Of a stretch of 64,000 bases of DNA, positions 1 through 14,502 are shown piece after piece. A model generated the notes under the pieces. That model searched no databases. It saw only the letters and a program-made list of their open reading frames with translations, and was not told where the DNA came from. The position numbers were made by a program, and so were the translations under genes. Positions within the stretch are counted from its first letter, which is position 1. Every line of letters starts with the position of its first letter. The stretch comes from an uncultured bacterium (GTDB lineage Bacteria; Krumholzibacteriota; Krumholzibacteriia; LZORAL124-64-63). The stretch covers positions 805,393 through 869,392 of the forward strand of contig CAVSGO010000007.1 in assembly GCA_963727525.1 (NCBI GenBank). Reading direction: 5' to 3'.

Positions 1-1
1 C

Positions 2-5490
<5,489 letters not shown>

Positions 5491-5500
5491 GGAGAGACCA

Positions 5501-6781
5501 ATGACGCGTGTCGACCTGCTCGTGGACTCGATCGGACAGCTCTGCACCGTCTCACGCCCCACCGACGGCGACGGTCCGCGGCGCGGCGCGGCGCTCGCGG
5601 ATGTCGGAGCCATCGACGACGGCGCGCTCGCCATCGCCGATGGGCGGGTGGTGGCGGCGGGCCCGCGCCACGCGGTACGCCAGAGGCTCTGGCCGCACGG
5701 GGGGCCCGGGCCGGAGGTGACGGTGGTGGATGCCGCGGGTCGCTGTGTGGTACCGGGCTTCGTCGACCCGCATACCCATGCGGTCTTCGGCCGCACCCGC
5801 CAGGACGAGTATGAACGTCGGGTGCGCGGCGAGACCTACCTGCAGATCGCGGCGGCGGGTGGTGGGATCAACGCCTCGGTGCGCGATCTGCGCGAGCGTT
5901 CGGAGGACGATCTCGTGGCACTGGCCGTCCCGCGGTTGCGGGAGATGGTGGCGCATGGCACCACAACTGTCGAAATAAAAAGCGGTTACGGGCTCAACTT
6001 GAATGATGAGCTGAAGAGCCTGCGCGCGGCGCGCCGGGCCGCTGACGCGGCCGGGATCGGCGCCGTGCTCACCTGCCTGGCCGCCCACGAGGTGCCGCCG
6101 GAGTACCGCGACCGTCGCGGCGACTACGTGCGCGTGGTGTGCGCGGAGGTGCTGCCGGCGGTGGTGGAGTCGGGCCTCGCCGACCGCTGCGACGTGTTCT
6201 GCGAGCCGTCGGTGTTCCCGCTGGCCGAGACGGAAACCATCCTCACCCGGGCTCGCGAGTTGGGGCTGCGGCTCACGGTGCACGCGGACGAACTGGAACC
6301 GATGGGTGGTGCGGCGCTGGCGGCGCGGCTCGGCGCGGATAGCGCCGACCATCTCATCGTCATCGACGCGGCCGGTCAAGCGGCGCTGGCAGGTTCGCGG
6401 ACCGTGGCCACGCTGTTGCCGGGCACTGTCTTCACCCTCGGATTGCGCGCCTACGCGCCGGCGCGCGCCATGATCGACGCCGGCTGCGCCGTGGCGTTGG
6501 CCACGGATTTCAACCCCGGCAGCAGCCCCATCCTGTCCGTCCCGCTGATCCAGGCGATCGCCTGCAGTCAGATGCGACTGCTGCCGGGGGAGGCGCTGGT
6601 GGGCACCACGCTCAACGCGGCCTGGGCCCTGGGCCTGGCCGATCGCGTGGGATCGCTGGCGCCGGGCAAGGCCGCCGACTTCCTCATCCTCGACGGCGAC
6701 GATCACCGTCTGGTGCCTTACCAGGCGGGGCATAATCCGGTGGCCGCGGTGTATCGCGCCGGCCGTCGCATCGCCGGTTGA
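5501..6781 (+). CDS. hutI: imidazolonepropionase (amidohydrolase superfamily)
   Basis: 'GFVDPHTHAVFG', 'TTVEIKSGYGL', 'HADELEPMGGAALAARLGADSADHL', 'ATDFNPGSS' match the HutI metal-binding and active-site pattern; GAGGAG RBS at 5491-5496. Confidence 0.7.
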   Translation: MTRVDLLVDSIGQLCTVSRPTDGDGPRRGAALADVGAIDDGALAIADGRVVAAGPRHAVRQRLWPHGGPGPEVTVVDAAGRCVVPGFVDPHTHAVFGRTRQDEYERRVRGETYLQIAAAGGGINASVRDLRERSEDDLVALAVPRLREMVAHGTTTVEIKSGYGLNLNDELKSLRAARRAADAAGIGAVLTCLAAHEVPPEYRDRRGDYVRVVCAEVLPAVVESGLADRCDVFCEPSVFPLAETETILTRARELGLRLTVHADELEPMGGAALAARLGADSADHLIVIDAAGQAALAGSRTVATLLPGTVFTLGLRAYAPARAMIDAGCAVALATDFNPGSSPILSVPLIQAIACSQMRLLPGEALVGTTLNAAWALGLADRVGSLAPGKAADFLILDGDDHRLVPYQAGHNPVAAVYRAGRRIAG

Positions 6782-6832
6782 GCGCGGCTCCCCCAAAAAA
6801 AGCGCTCAACCTGCGCTCATGCTGAACGAACT

Positions 6833-8458
6833 ATGGGGACGCCAGGCCGGACCGCGGCCATGAGTGGCCAAAGCATCATCGCCTCGTCGGGGAGCGACTC
6901 CTTGTCGTCCAAGCTCAGCAACCTGAAGCAGGAAGCCTACCAGGCAGCGAAGCGGCGCAACTGGGTCGAGGCCATCTCGATCTACGAGCGTCTGCTCGAC
7001 CTCGACAAGAATAATCCCGCGCTCCTCAACGAGCTCGGCGATATCTGCCTGAAGAACCAGGACCCGCCGAAGGCCGTGCGCCAGTTCCTCAATGCAGCGG
7101 CGAAGTACAAGCAGAACGGGCTGCTCAACAACGCAGTCGCGGTGTACAAGAAGGTGCTGCGGCACGAGCCCGACAACATCAATGCCCACTGGTTCCTCGC
7201 GGAGATCCGCTCGAGCCAGGGGCTGGTCATGGAGGGCGAGGTCCACGCGGAACGCTTCCTTGCGGCCGCGGACGTGGTGGCGGGGGAGATCAAGGAGATC
7301 TTCCTGAAGCGCTGCGTGCAATTGCTCGCCCTCTACCCGGGCAGCCGCGCGATCCTCGAACGCATGCAGGGCGTCTTTCGCGTCTGGAACCTGCCGCTCG
7401 AGGAGGCGCGCACGGCCTGCCTGCTCGCGGTCGTCCTGCGGGGAGAAGGGGAGGCCAAGGCCGGTGCCGCCCTCGTGCAGCGCGCCCTGGAGTTCTGTCC
7501 CGAAGTGGCGAATTACATCGAGTACACGCGCTGGCAGACGGCCAGCGGCACCACGACCAATCCGGCGAACTTCGCCGATGTCAACACCGTGGAACTCGGA
7601 GCGGCCGACGAACCCGTCGCGGCGCCTGAGCCGGTCGTACCCGAGGTACCGGTACGGCCCGAACCGACGACGATGAGCTGGGACATCGGCGCGGAACTGG
7701 AGCTGGAGCCGGAGCCTGTGCCGCCCCCGGCGACTCCGTCCGCGCTGCCGGTGGACGCTTTCGAGCAATTCCTCGCGGGCACGAGCGATACCGACGACGC
7801 CGTGACCACGAACGCGCCCGGCCAGGACGCCGTTGGCGCCTTCGGCCGCGATTCCGACGACGGCCTGCCCCGAGACGACGACGGCTGCTTCGCCATCGAC
7901 ACCGACGACACCGGGACGGAGACGAGCTTCGCCGATCTCATCGACGCGGCCACGGCCAGCATCGGCACGCCGGCGAAGTCTGCGGATCCACTGCAGAAGA
8001 TCCTCGACGATGTGGGGCCGGACAGCGGTGGCGACGCGGGTCAGGTCGACACCATCACCAGCGAGATCGGCCAGCACGTGGGTGGCGAAGGCGAGCAGGA
8101 TGCCGAGGCGCTGTATCAGCAGGGGCTGGTCTACCTCGAGCTGGGCCTGCACGCCCAGGCGGCCGAGAGCTTCGCGGCGGCGTCGGGCAGCGCGCAGTAC
8201 GCCCTGCGGGCGTGCGAGATGCTCGGCGTATCCCTCGAGCGCGACGGTCGCGACAGGGAGGCGCTCACCGCCTTCGAGCAGGGCCTGGCCGTAACGGGCG
8301 TCGAGCCCCGGTCGATCCTCGGCCTTCACTACCACGCGGCGCAGCTCCACGAGCGCCTCGGCAACGCCGTTCGCGCCCGGGCCCACTACGAGGAGATCCA
8401 CGCGATCGATCCCACCTTCCTCGACGTCGCCCAGCGCATCCAGCAGCTCGTGCCGTAG
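6833..8458 (+). CDS. cytoplasmic TPR-repeat protein with central acidic/proline-rich disordered linker
   Basis: N- and C-terminal TPR-like helical repeats flanking low-complexity 'PEPVVPEVPVRPEP...DSDDGLPRDDDG'; no signal peptide. Confidence 0.6.
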   Translation: MGTPGRTAAMSGQSIIASSGSDSLSSKLSNLKQEAYQAAKRRNWVEAISIYERLLDLDKNNPALLNELGDICLKNQDPPKAVRQFLNAAAKYKQNGLLNNAVAVYKKVLRHEPDNINAHWFLAEIRSSQGLVMEGEVHAERFLAAADVVAGEIKEIFLKRCVQLLALYPGSRAILERMQGVFRVWNLPLEEARTACLLAVVLRGEGEAKAGAALVQRALEFCPEVANYIEYTRWQTASGTTTNPANFADVNTVELGAADEPVAAPEPVVPEVPVRPEPTTMSWDIGAELELEPEPVPPPATPSALPVDAFEQFLAGTSDTDDAVTTNAPGQDAVGAFGRDSDDGLPRDDDGCFAIDTDDTGTETSFADLIDAATASIGTPAKSADPLQKILDDVGPDSGGDAGQVDTITSEIGQHVGGEGEQDAEALYQQGLVYLELGLHAQAAESFAAASGSAQYALRACEMLGVSLERDGRDREALTAFEQGLAVTGVEPRSILGLHYHAAQLHERLGNAVRARAHYEEIHAIDPTFLDVAQRIQQLVP

Positions 8459-8521
8459 CACGCTTCGCCGGTGTTTGCCGTAGCGCTTGCCACCGCCCCC
8501 ACCTTTGCCTACGATCCGGTC

Positions 8522-11104
8522 ATGTCAGACACGCCCAGGCAATCGTCCTCGTTTTCCGGGGTCCGGCAGGCCGTCTTGCTGGGCCTTTTTACGGGTACGG
8601 GGTGCGGGCTCGGCGTCCTGCTGTCCGGGGTTCCCAACGTGGAACTGATCACCCTCACGTCGGTTCTCGCCGGCGTTGCGCTCGGTCCGGTCGGCGGGCT
8701 CGTCGCCGGCGCGCTGGCCGAGGCGGCGTACTCGCTCGCCAGTCCCTATGGCGTTGCCCTGCCGGTGCTGTTCGTGGCGCAGGTGGTCGGCATGGGCCTG
8801 GCCGGGCTCGTGGGCGGGCTGACGGCGCCACCGCTGCTGCGTTTGCTCGCGCAGCGCCGACGGCTCGTGACCGGCGTCCTGGCGGCGACCCTGGGAGCAG
8901 CGACGACCGTGGTCTTCGACCTCCTCACCAACCTGGCAATCGGTCTCGCCACCGACATCGACTTGCGCGTCGCTCTCGCGGGCGGCATCGTGTTCGCGTT
9001 GCTGCACGTCGGCGCGAACTCGCTCGTCTTCGGCGCGCTCTGGCCCCTGCTCGCGCCGCGGGTGCGGCGGTTGCGCGCGCCCAGTCTGCGCGTCCAGGTG
9101 GTGGCCTGGCTCGCACTCGGGGTGTTCGCTTGCGCGGCGCCGGGGCGGGCGCAGCTCGCGCCGGTGCTGGCCGACTCCGACACGGCGATCGCCGTCGTGG
9201 ATACCGCGGCCGCGATCGCGGCGATGGACACGCTCGGCGCCGTCGCCGATACGACGAGGACCTTCGCGGGCGTCGACACGACGACGGCCGTGCCCGACAC
9301 CGCGGCCATCCTCGTCACCACGCCGCCCGCGGTGCGCACGGTGCGCGGCTGGCGCCGCCCGTTGTGGGAGCCGTTCTACTCGTCACTGCGCGAGGACCTC
9401 GCGCGGCGGTCGCAGTGGCTGGCCGTCGCCGACGGCGGCTTCGGCGCGCGGGTCTTCCTCGCCGGCGAACCCGGCACGTCATTTTTCCCCACGGTGCTGC
9501 GGGACGGTTTGCCGGTGCTCGTGGGGCATCGCTTCCTCGACGACGTCGAGAGCGTGCCCATCACCGGCACGCGGCTCGGCGCCACGACCTTCGGCCTCGA
9601 CGGCTGGGGCGGTACCGACGGCGTCGTGAGGCGCAACGAAGCCGACCTGCGCCCCGATGCAGCCTTCACCGATACGCGCTGGCACGCAGGTTCGCAGCAA
9701 GATCTCTTCCGCAGCGTCCACCTGCTGACGGCCGTGGCGCCGTGGCGCGTGGGGCTGGATATCGAGGAGCACCTGAACGACGAGGCCTACGATTTCCGTA
9801 CGCCTGGCGAGACCCGCTATTCCGGACTTGCTGATGCGGAGGTGGCCGGCTTCCCGGGGCGGGCGAAGTTCCGCAGCGGGCGCGGCGTGCTACGGCGCTA
9901 TCTCGACTTGCAGACCAGCCTCACCGTCTCGGTCGAGGATGTGCGCAAGCTGAAGAACGCGTTGCCGGCCTTCGATGCGACCGAGCAGGATCTCTGGCGC
10001 CACACCTTCGCGGTCGACTGGCGTGAGCCGGGGTTGCGGGCGGCCGCGTACACCATCGACGAAGCAGTCGACTGGAATCGCCCTGCCAGCAGCGGCAACC
10101 CGCCGCCCGCGCGCAAGCTCGAGGGCGGGCGTGAGGGAATCCTGCTCACGCTCGGCGACGGTCTGTTGAGATTCACCGCTGAGCGCTGGACCCTCGCGGA
10201 TACCGGCGCCGACACGAGCTGGGCGCCCGACGACGCGGGACCGGTGGACGGCAGCGGTGCGTCGACCAACCTCGGCGCGGCACGCGCATGGACCGTGGGC
10301 CCGGCGCGGCTGGCGGCGACGGCGGCGGCGCGCTGGGACGACGGCGCCGGCTGGGCGCCGGAAGCCGCGGTGCACGTCGCGTCGGCGGACTCGCTGCCGT
10401 GGTGGACGGTGTCGCTCGAGCGCGGCGGTCGGGCGCCGCGCAGTGACGAACGGTTGACGGCCTGGCGTTTCGCGGCGCCGGAGCGCATCGACACGGTGGT
10501 GCTGCCAGGACACGGTCTCGCGCGGGAACGCACGTGGCGCGGGGTGGCGGCGCTGCAGCGGCGCGTGGCTGGCCTCGATGTTGCCTTGTCGGCCGCCTAT
10601 CGCCGTCTCGAAGACGGCATCGGCTGGCGGGCGCAGGACGGCACCCGCACCGGACGCTGGGCCAACGGGCTCGACCTGCGGTCGCACACGATACGCGCCG
10701 GTCTCAGCCGAGAGGGTCGCTTCCTCGGCTGGGTCCGCGTGCAGGCTGACGCGGCCTGGCGCGGCTGGACCCGGGACGGCGACGTGCGCATCGCACTACC
10801 GCCGCGCCAGGACTGGCAGGTGGGCGTGCTGTGGGAGAATCACTTCTTCGACGAGGACGGCATCCTGCAGGTGGGATGGTTCCTCGACCATCGCGGCGAG
10901 ATGGACGACCCGTGGTATCTCGCGCGCCGGATCGTGCTGCCGGCAACGACGCAGCAGGACCTCGTCCTCGGCTTCCGGCTCGTAGGCACCAACCTCGGCA
11001 TCGCCTTGCTCAATCTCACCGACCAGCGTGTGCTCACGAGCGCGGGCTCGCTCACGGATGGACGCCAGATGCGCTGGCGCCTGCACTGGACCTTCCTCTT
11101 CTAG
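8522..11104 (+). CDS. composite ORF: N-terminal polytopic small membrane domain (ECF-S-component-like, ~180 aa) read through in frame into a ~680 aa outer-membrane beta-barrel protein (C-terminal '...WRLHWTFLF'). Possibly two genes (second could start at GTG 9062 with its own signal peptide)
   Basis: Hydrophobic glycine-rich TM helices at the N-terminus; internal 'RRLRAPSLRVQVVAWLALGVFACAAPGRAQ/LAP' resembles a Sec signal; alternating amphipathic strands and terminal Phe typical of OM barrels; alternative upstream GTG at 8471. Confidence 0.5.
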   Translation: MSDTPRQSSSFSGVRQAVLLGLFTGTGCGLGVLLSGVPNVELITLTSVLAGVALGPVGGLVAGALAEAAYSLASPYGVALPVLFVAQVVGMGLAGLVGGLTAPPLLRLLAQRRRLVTGVLAATLGAATTVVFDLLTNLAIGLATDIDLRVALAGGIVFALLHVGANSLVFGALWPLLAPRVRRLRAPSLRVQVVAWLALGVFACAAPGRAQLAPVLADSDTAIAVVDTAAAIAAMDTLGAVADTTRTFAGVDTTTAVPDTAAILVTTPPAVRTVRGWRRPLWEPFYSSLREDLARRSQWLAVADGGFGARVFLAGEPGTSFFPTVLRDGLPVLVGHRFLDDVESVPITGTRLGATTFGLDGWGGTDGVVRRNEADLRPDAAFTDTRWHAGSQQDLFRSVHLLTAVAPWRVGLDIEEHLNDEAYDFRTPGETRYSGLADAEVAGFPGRAKFRSGRGVLRRYLDLQTSLTVSVEDVRKLKNALPAFDATEQDLWRHTFAVDWREPGLRAAAYTIDEAVDWNRPASSGNPPPARKLEGGREGILLTLGDGLLRFTAERWTLADTGADTSWAPDDAGPVDGSGASTNLGAARAWTVGPARLAATAAARWDDGAGWAPEAAVHVASADSLPWWTVSLERGGRAPRSDERLTAWRFAAPERIDTVVLPGHGLARERTWRGVAALQRRVAGLDVALSAAYRRLEDGIGWRAQDGTRTGRWANGLDLRSHTIRAGLSREGRFLGWVRVQADAAWRGWTRDGDVRIALPPRQDWQVGVLWENHFFDEDGILQVGWFLDHRGEMDDPWYLARRIVLPATTQQDLVLGFRLVGTNLGIALLNLTDQRVLTSAGSLTDGRQMRWRLHWTFLF

Positions 11105-11138
11105 CTTGCCCCTGGCACGCCGCCACGTGGGGACGGTC

Positions 11139-11582
11139 ATGACGCGGCGTGAGGCCGCAGCCCTGCTCGTGGCAGCCGCGCTCATCCTCGCCGGGCGCGG
11201 GCTGCGGCACTGGCTGCTCGTGGGGCCCGACGGAGCCTGGCGAGATCCCGAATGGCTCGCTACGGCCCTGCCGCCGCTGGAGTCGGAGTCACCCGACCCC
11301 GAGCCCGCGCGTGCTGTCCTCATGGGCCCCCTGGCCGTCAACACCTGCCCTGCGGAGTCCCTCGTCGCCTTACCGGGCGTCGGACCCGTGCTCGCCGGGC
11401 GCATCGCAACCGCCCGCGAGCAGGGCGTGCGTTTTGCAAACCTCGACGACCTCCAGCAGATCAAGGGCATTGGCCCGCGCCTCGCCGCGAAACTCGCGCC
11501 CTGGGTCGTATTCGGCCCGTTCGCGGCCACCGACACGTGCCGGGCGCAGCCTGCAATGCCACCCCCCGCCCGGGTCCCGTGA
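11139..11582 (+). CDS. comEA: ComEA-like competence protein (membrane anchor + helix-hairpin-helix DNA-binding domain)
   Basis: N-terminal signal anchor 'AALLVAAALILAG', C-terminal HhH motifs 'LVALPGVGPVLAGRIA...LQQIKGIGPRLAAKL'. Confidence 0.7.
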   Translation: MTRREAAALLVAAALILAGRGLRHWLLVGPDGAWRDPEWLATALPPLESESPDPEPARAVLMGPLAVNTCPAESLVALPGVGPVLAGRIATAREQGVRFANLDDLQQIKGIGPRLAAKLAPWVVFGPFAATDTCRAQPAMPPPARVP

Positions 11583-11702
11583 TTGCTGGGATTCTGCCCT
11601 CAAGGCCACGGCGTATTGCGACGATATGAGGCCTGATCGGGTTGCCGTAGGAACGGTCAGCCACGACCACGCCTCATGTGTCCCGGAGTGGAGTACCCGC
11701 CC

Positions 11703-13400
11703 ATGAACACTGGCACCGCCGTGAACGTCAGGGACAAGATCGCCAATCGCCTGCTCGAGGCCGGGCTCGTCGACCAGGCCCAGCTCGCGCAGGCGATCGA
11801 GCAGCAGAAGAAGGACGGCGGCACGCTCGGCCAGATCCTCGTGCGCATCGGCGCCGTGGACGAGGCGAGGTACACGGAGTTCCTCGGCAAGGTCTATAAT
11901 CTGCCGGTGGTCGATCTCGACAAGCTGCCTGTGGCCGACGACTGCATTGCGCTCATTCCCGCCGACGTGGCCGCGAAGTTCCAGGTGCTGCCGGTGCGGC
12001 GTCAGGGCCGCGTGCTCACCGTCGCCATGGCGAATCCGAGCAACATCTTCGCGATCGACGACATCAAGTTCATCACCAGCCTCGACGTGCGACCGGTGGT
12101 GGCGAGCGAGTTGGCTCTCAAGAAGGCCATCGACAAGTACTACCAGCCCACCGATTCGCTGTCTTCGATCATGGAAGGCATCGAGGACGATATCGAGATC
12201 GTCGAGGAGAGCGACGAGGACGATCTCGGCAACAACGACGCGCAGAACGCGCCGGTGGTGAAGCTCGTCAACACGCTGCTCGCCGAAGCGGTGAAGATTG
12301 GCGCCAGCGATATCCACATCGAACCGTATGAGCGCAGCATGCGCGTGCGCTACCGCATCGACGGCGTGTTGCAGGAAGTGATGGAGCCGCCGATCAAGCT
12401 GAAGAACGCCATCATCAGCCGCCTGAAGATCATGTCCGAGCTGGACATCGCCGAGCGCCGCATCCCGCAGGATGGCCGCATCAAGATCAAGATCGGCGAC
12501 AAGAAGGTGGACCTGCGTGTCTCCACCTTGCCCTGCATCTTCGGCGAGAAGGTCGTGATGCGTATCCTCGACAAGGGGAACCTCACCCTCGACCTCGCCA
12601 GCTTCGGCATGGAAGACAAGGCGCTGCGCGACGTCAACGAGGCGATCGCCAAGCCCTACGGCATGGTGCTCGTCACGGGCCCCACAGGCTCCGGCAAGAC
12701 GACCACCCTGTACTCCTGCCTCTCGCGCGTGAACAACATCGACGTCAACATCATGACGGCCGAGGACCCCGTGGAATACAACCTTGACGGCATCAACCAG
12801 GTGCAGGTGCGCGACGAGGTGGGGCTCACCTTCGCCGCCGCGCTCAAGGCCTTCCTGCGGCAGGACCCGAACATCGTGATGGTCGGCGAGATCCGCGATC
12901 TCGAGACGGGCTCCATCGCGGTGAAGGCGGCGCTTACCGGTCACCTCGTGTTTTCGACGCTGCACACCAACGACGCGCCGGCCACCGTGAACCGTATGGT
13001 CGACATGGGCATCGAGCCGTTCCTCGTGGCGTCGTCAACCAACATCATCATGGCCCAGCGCCTCGTGCGCCGGATCTGCAAGGGTTGTCGGGAAGAAGAT
13101 GCGGTGCCCCCGGAGGCGCTGTCGGACATCGGCCTCGCCCCGGGCACCAAGGTCTTTAAGGGCAAGGGCTGCGAGAAGTGCAAGGGCTCGGGCTACTCGG
13201 GTCGGCAAGGGCTCTACGAAGTGATGCCCATCACCTCGCGTTTGCGCGAGCTGATCCTCGACCGAGCCTCGACCGCCGAGCTGCGCAAGCAGGCCATCGC
13301 GGACGGCATGCTCACGCTCCGTCAGGATGGGCTGAAGAAGATCGAACGAGGTATCACGACCATCGCAGAGGTCCTGCGCGAGACCACGGTGCAGGACTAG
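11703..13400 (+). CDS. pilB: type IV pilus assembly ATPase PilB (GspE family)
   Basis: N-terminal GSPII_E_N-like domain, Walker A 'VTGPTGSGKTTTLYS', tetracysteine motif 'CKGCR...CEKCKGSG'. Confidence 0.85.
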   Translation: MNTGTAVNVRDKIANRLLEAGLVDQAQLAQAIEQQKKDGGTLGQILVRIGAVDEARYTEFLGKVYNLPVVDLDKLPVADDCIALIPADVAAKFQVLPVRRQGRVLTVAMANPSNIFAIDDIKFITSLDVRPVVASELALKKAIDKYYQPTDSLSSIMEGIEDDIEIVEESDEDDLGNNDAQNAPVVKLVNTLLAEAVKIGASDIHIEPYERSMRVRYRIDGVLQEVMEPPIKLKNAIISRLKIMSELDIAERRIPQDGRIKIKIGDKKVDLRVSTLPCIFGEKVVMRILDKGNLTLDLASFGMEDKALRDVNEAIAKPYGMVLVTGPTGSGKTTTLYSCLSRVNNIDVNIMTAEDPVEYNLDGINQVQVRDEVGLTFAAALKAFLRQDPNIVMVGEIRDLETGSIAVKAALTGHLVFSTLHTNDAPATVNRMVDMGIEPFLVASSTNIIMAQRLVRRICKGCREEDAVPPEALSDIGLAPGTKVFKGKGCEKCKGSGYSGRQGLYEVMPITSRLRELILDRASTAELRKQAIADGMLTLRQDGLKKIERGITTIAEVLRETTVQD

Positions 13401-13410
13401 GAGGCCACAC

Positions 13411-14487
13411 GTGACCGGAATGCGCGAACTTCTCGAGGACATGGTCGCCCGCGGCGCGAGCGACCTGCACCTCACGGCCGGACTCCCCCCGCAGTACCGC
13501 GTGGACGGAAGCATCGAGTCGAGCGACTACGCTGTGCTCACGGGGGAGGACACGCGGCGGCTCGCCTATAGCATCCTCAACGAGGAGCAGAAGAAACGCT
13601 TCGAGAACGACCGCGAGCTCGACCTCTCCTTCGGTGTGCAGGGGATCAGCCGCTTCCGCGCGAACGTCTTCATCCAGCGCGGAGTGACGAGCATGGCCAT
13701 CCGGCAGATCCCTTACGAGATACACAGCTTCGAGGCACTCGGGCTGCCGCAGGTGTGCCGTGACCTGATCAATCGCAGCCAGGGACTCATCCTGGTGACC
13801 GGCCCCACCGGTAGCGGCAAGTCGACCACACTGGCCACCATGGTCGACACGATCAACCGTAGCCGCAGCGGCCACATCATCACCATCGAGGACCCGATCG
13901 AGTACGTGCACCAGCACAAGAAGTGCATCGTCAACCAGCGCGAGGTCAACAACGACACCAAGACCTTCGGGGGCGCGCTCAAGTACGTGTTGCGCCAGGA
14001 TCCCGACGTCATCCTCATCGGTGAGATGCGCGACCGCGAGACGATCGCGGCGGCCCTCACCATCGCGGAGACGGGCCACCTCGCCCTCGCCACGCTGCAC
14101 ACGAACAGCACGTTCGAGTCGGTGAACCGTATCATCGACGTATTCCCGGCCGAGCAGCAGAACCAGGTGCGTTCGCAGCTAAGCTTCTGTCTCTCGGGGG
14201 TCATCACTCAGCAGCTCATCCCGCGGGCGAAGGGTTCGGGGCGCGTCCTGTCGCTTGAGATCATGATCTGCACTCCAGCCGTGAAGGCCATGATCCGCGA
14301 CAACAAGACGCATCAGATCTACGGCATCATCCAGGCCGGTCAGAAGTACGGCATGCAGACGATGAATCAGTCGCTCTATCAGGCGTACGAGAATCGCTGG
14401 ATCTCGCGCGAAGAGGCCCTCGGACGCAGCATGGACCAATCGGAACTGCTGCAGATGATGGGCGAACCCGCGAAGGTCGGCGTCTAG
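13411..14487 (+). CDS. pilT: twitching motility (pilus retraction) ATPase PilT
   Basis: 358 aa, Walker A 'VTGPTGSGKSTTLA', PilT signature 'AIRQIPYEIHSFEALGLP'; GTG start preceded by AGGAGG (13399-13404). Confidence 0.9.
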   Translation: MTGMRELLEDMVARGASDLHLTAGLPPQYRVDGSIESSDYAVLTGEDTRRLAYSILNEEQKKRFENDRELDLSFGVQGISRFRANVFIQRGVTSMAIRQIPYEIHSFEALGLPQVCRDLINRSQGLILVTGPTGSGKSTTLATMVDTINRSRSGHIITIEDPIEYVHQHKKCIVNQREVNNDTKTFGGALKYVLRQDPDVILIGEMRDRETIAAALTIAETGHLALATLHTNSTFESVNRIIDVFPAEQQNQVRSQLSFCLSGVITQQLIPRAKGSGRVLSLEIMICTPAVKAMIRDNKTHQIYGIIQAGQKYGMQTMNQSLYQAYENRWISREEALGRSMDQSELLQMMGEPAKVGV

Positions 14488-14502
14488 TCGGGAGGTCGAG
14501 GT

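Noticed and set aside
5552-6796. 414-aa minus-strand ORF antisense to hutI
   Set aside because: Plus-strand product has the full imidazolonepropionase motif set; antisense product has no recognisable features
6806-8461. 551-aa minus-strand ORF antisense to the TPR gene
   Set aside because: Plus strand encodes clear TPR repeats; long antisense ORFs are expected at ~70% GC; product is Arg/Gly/Val-rich low complexity
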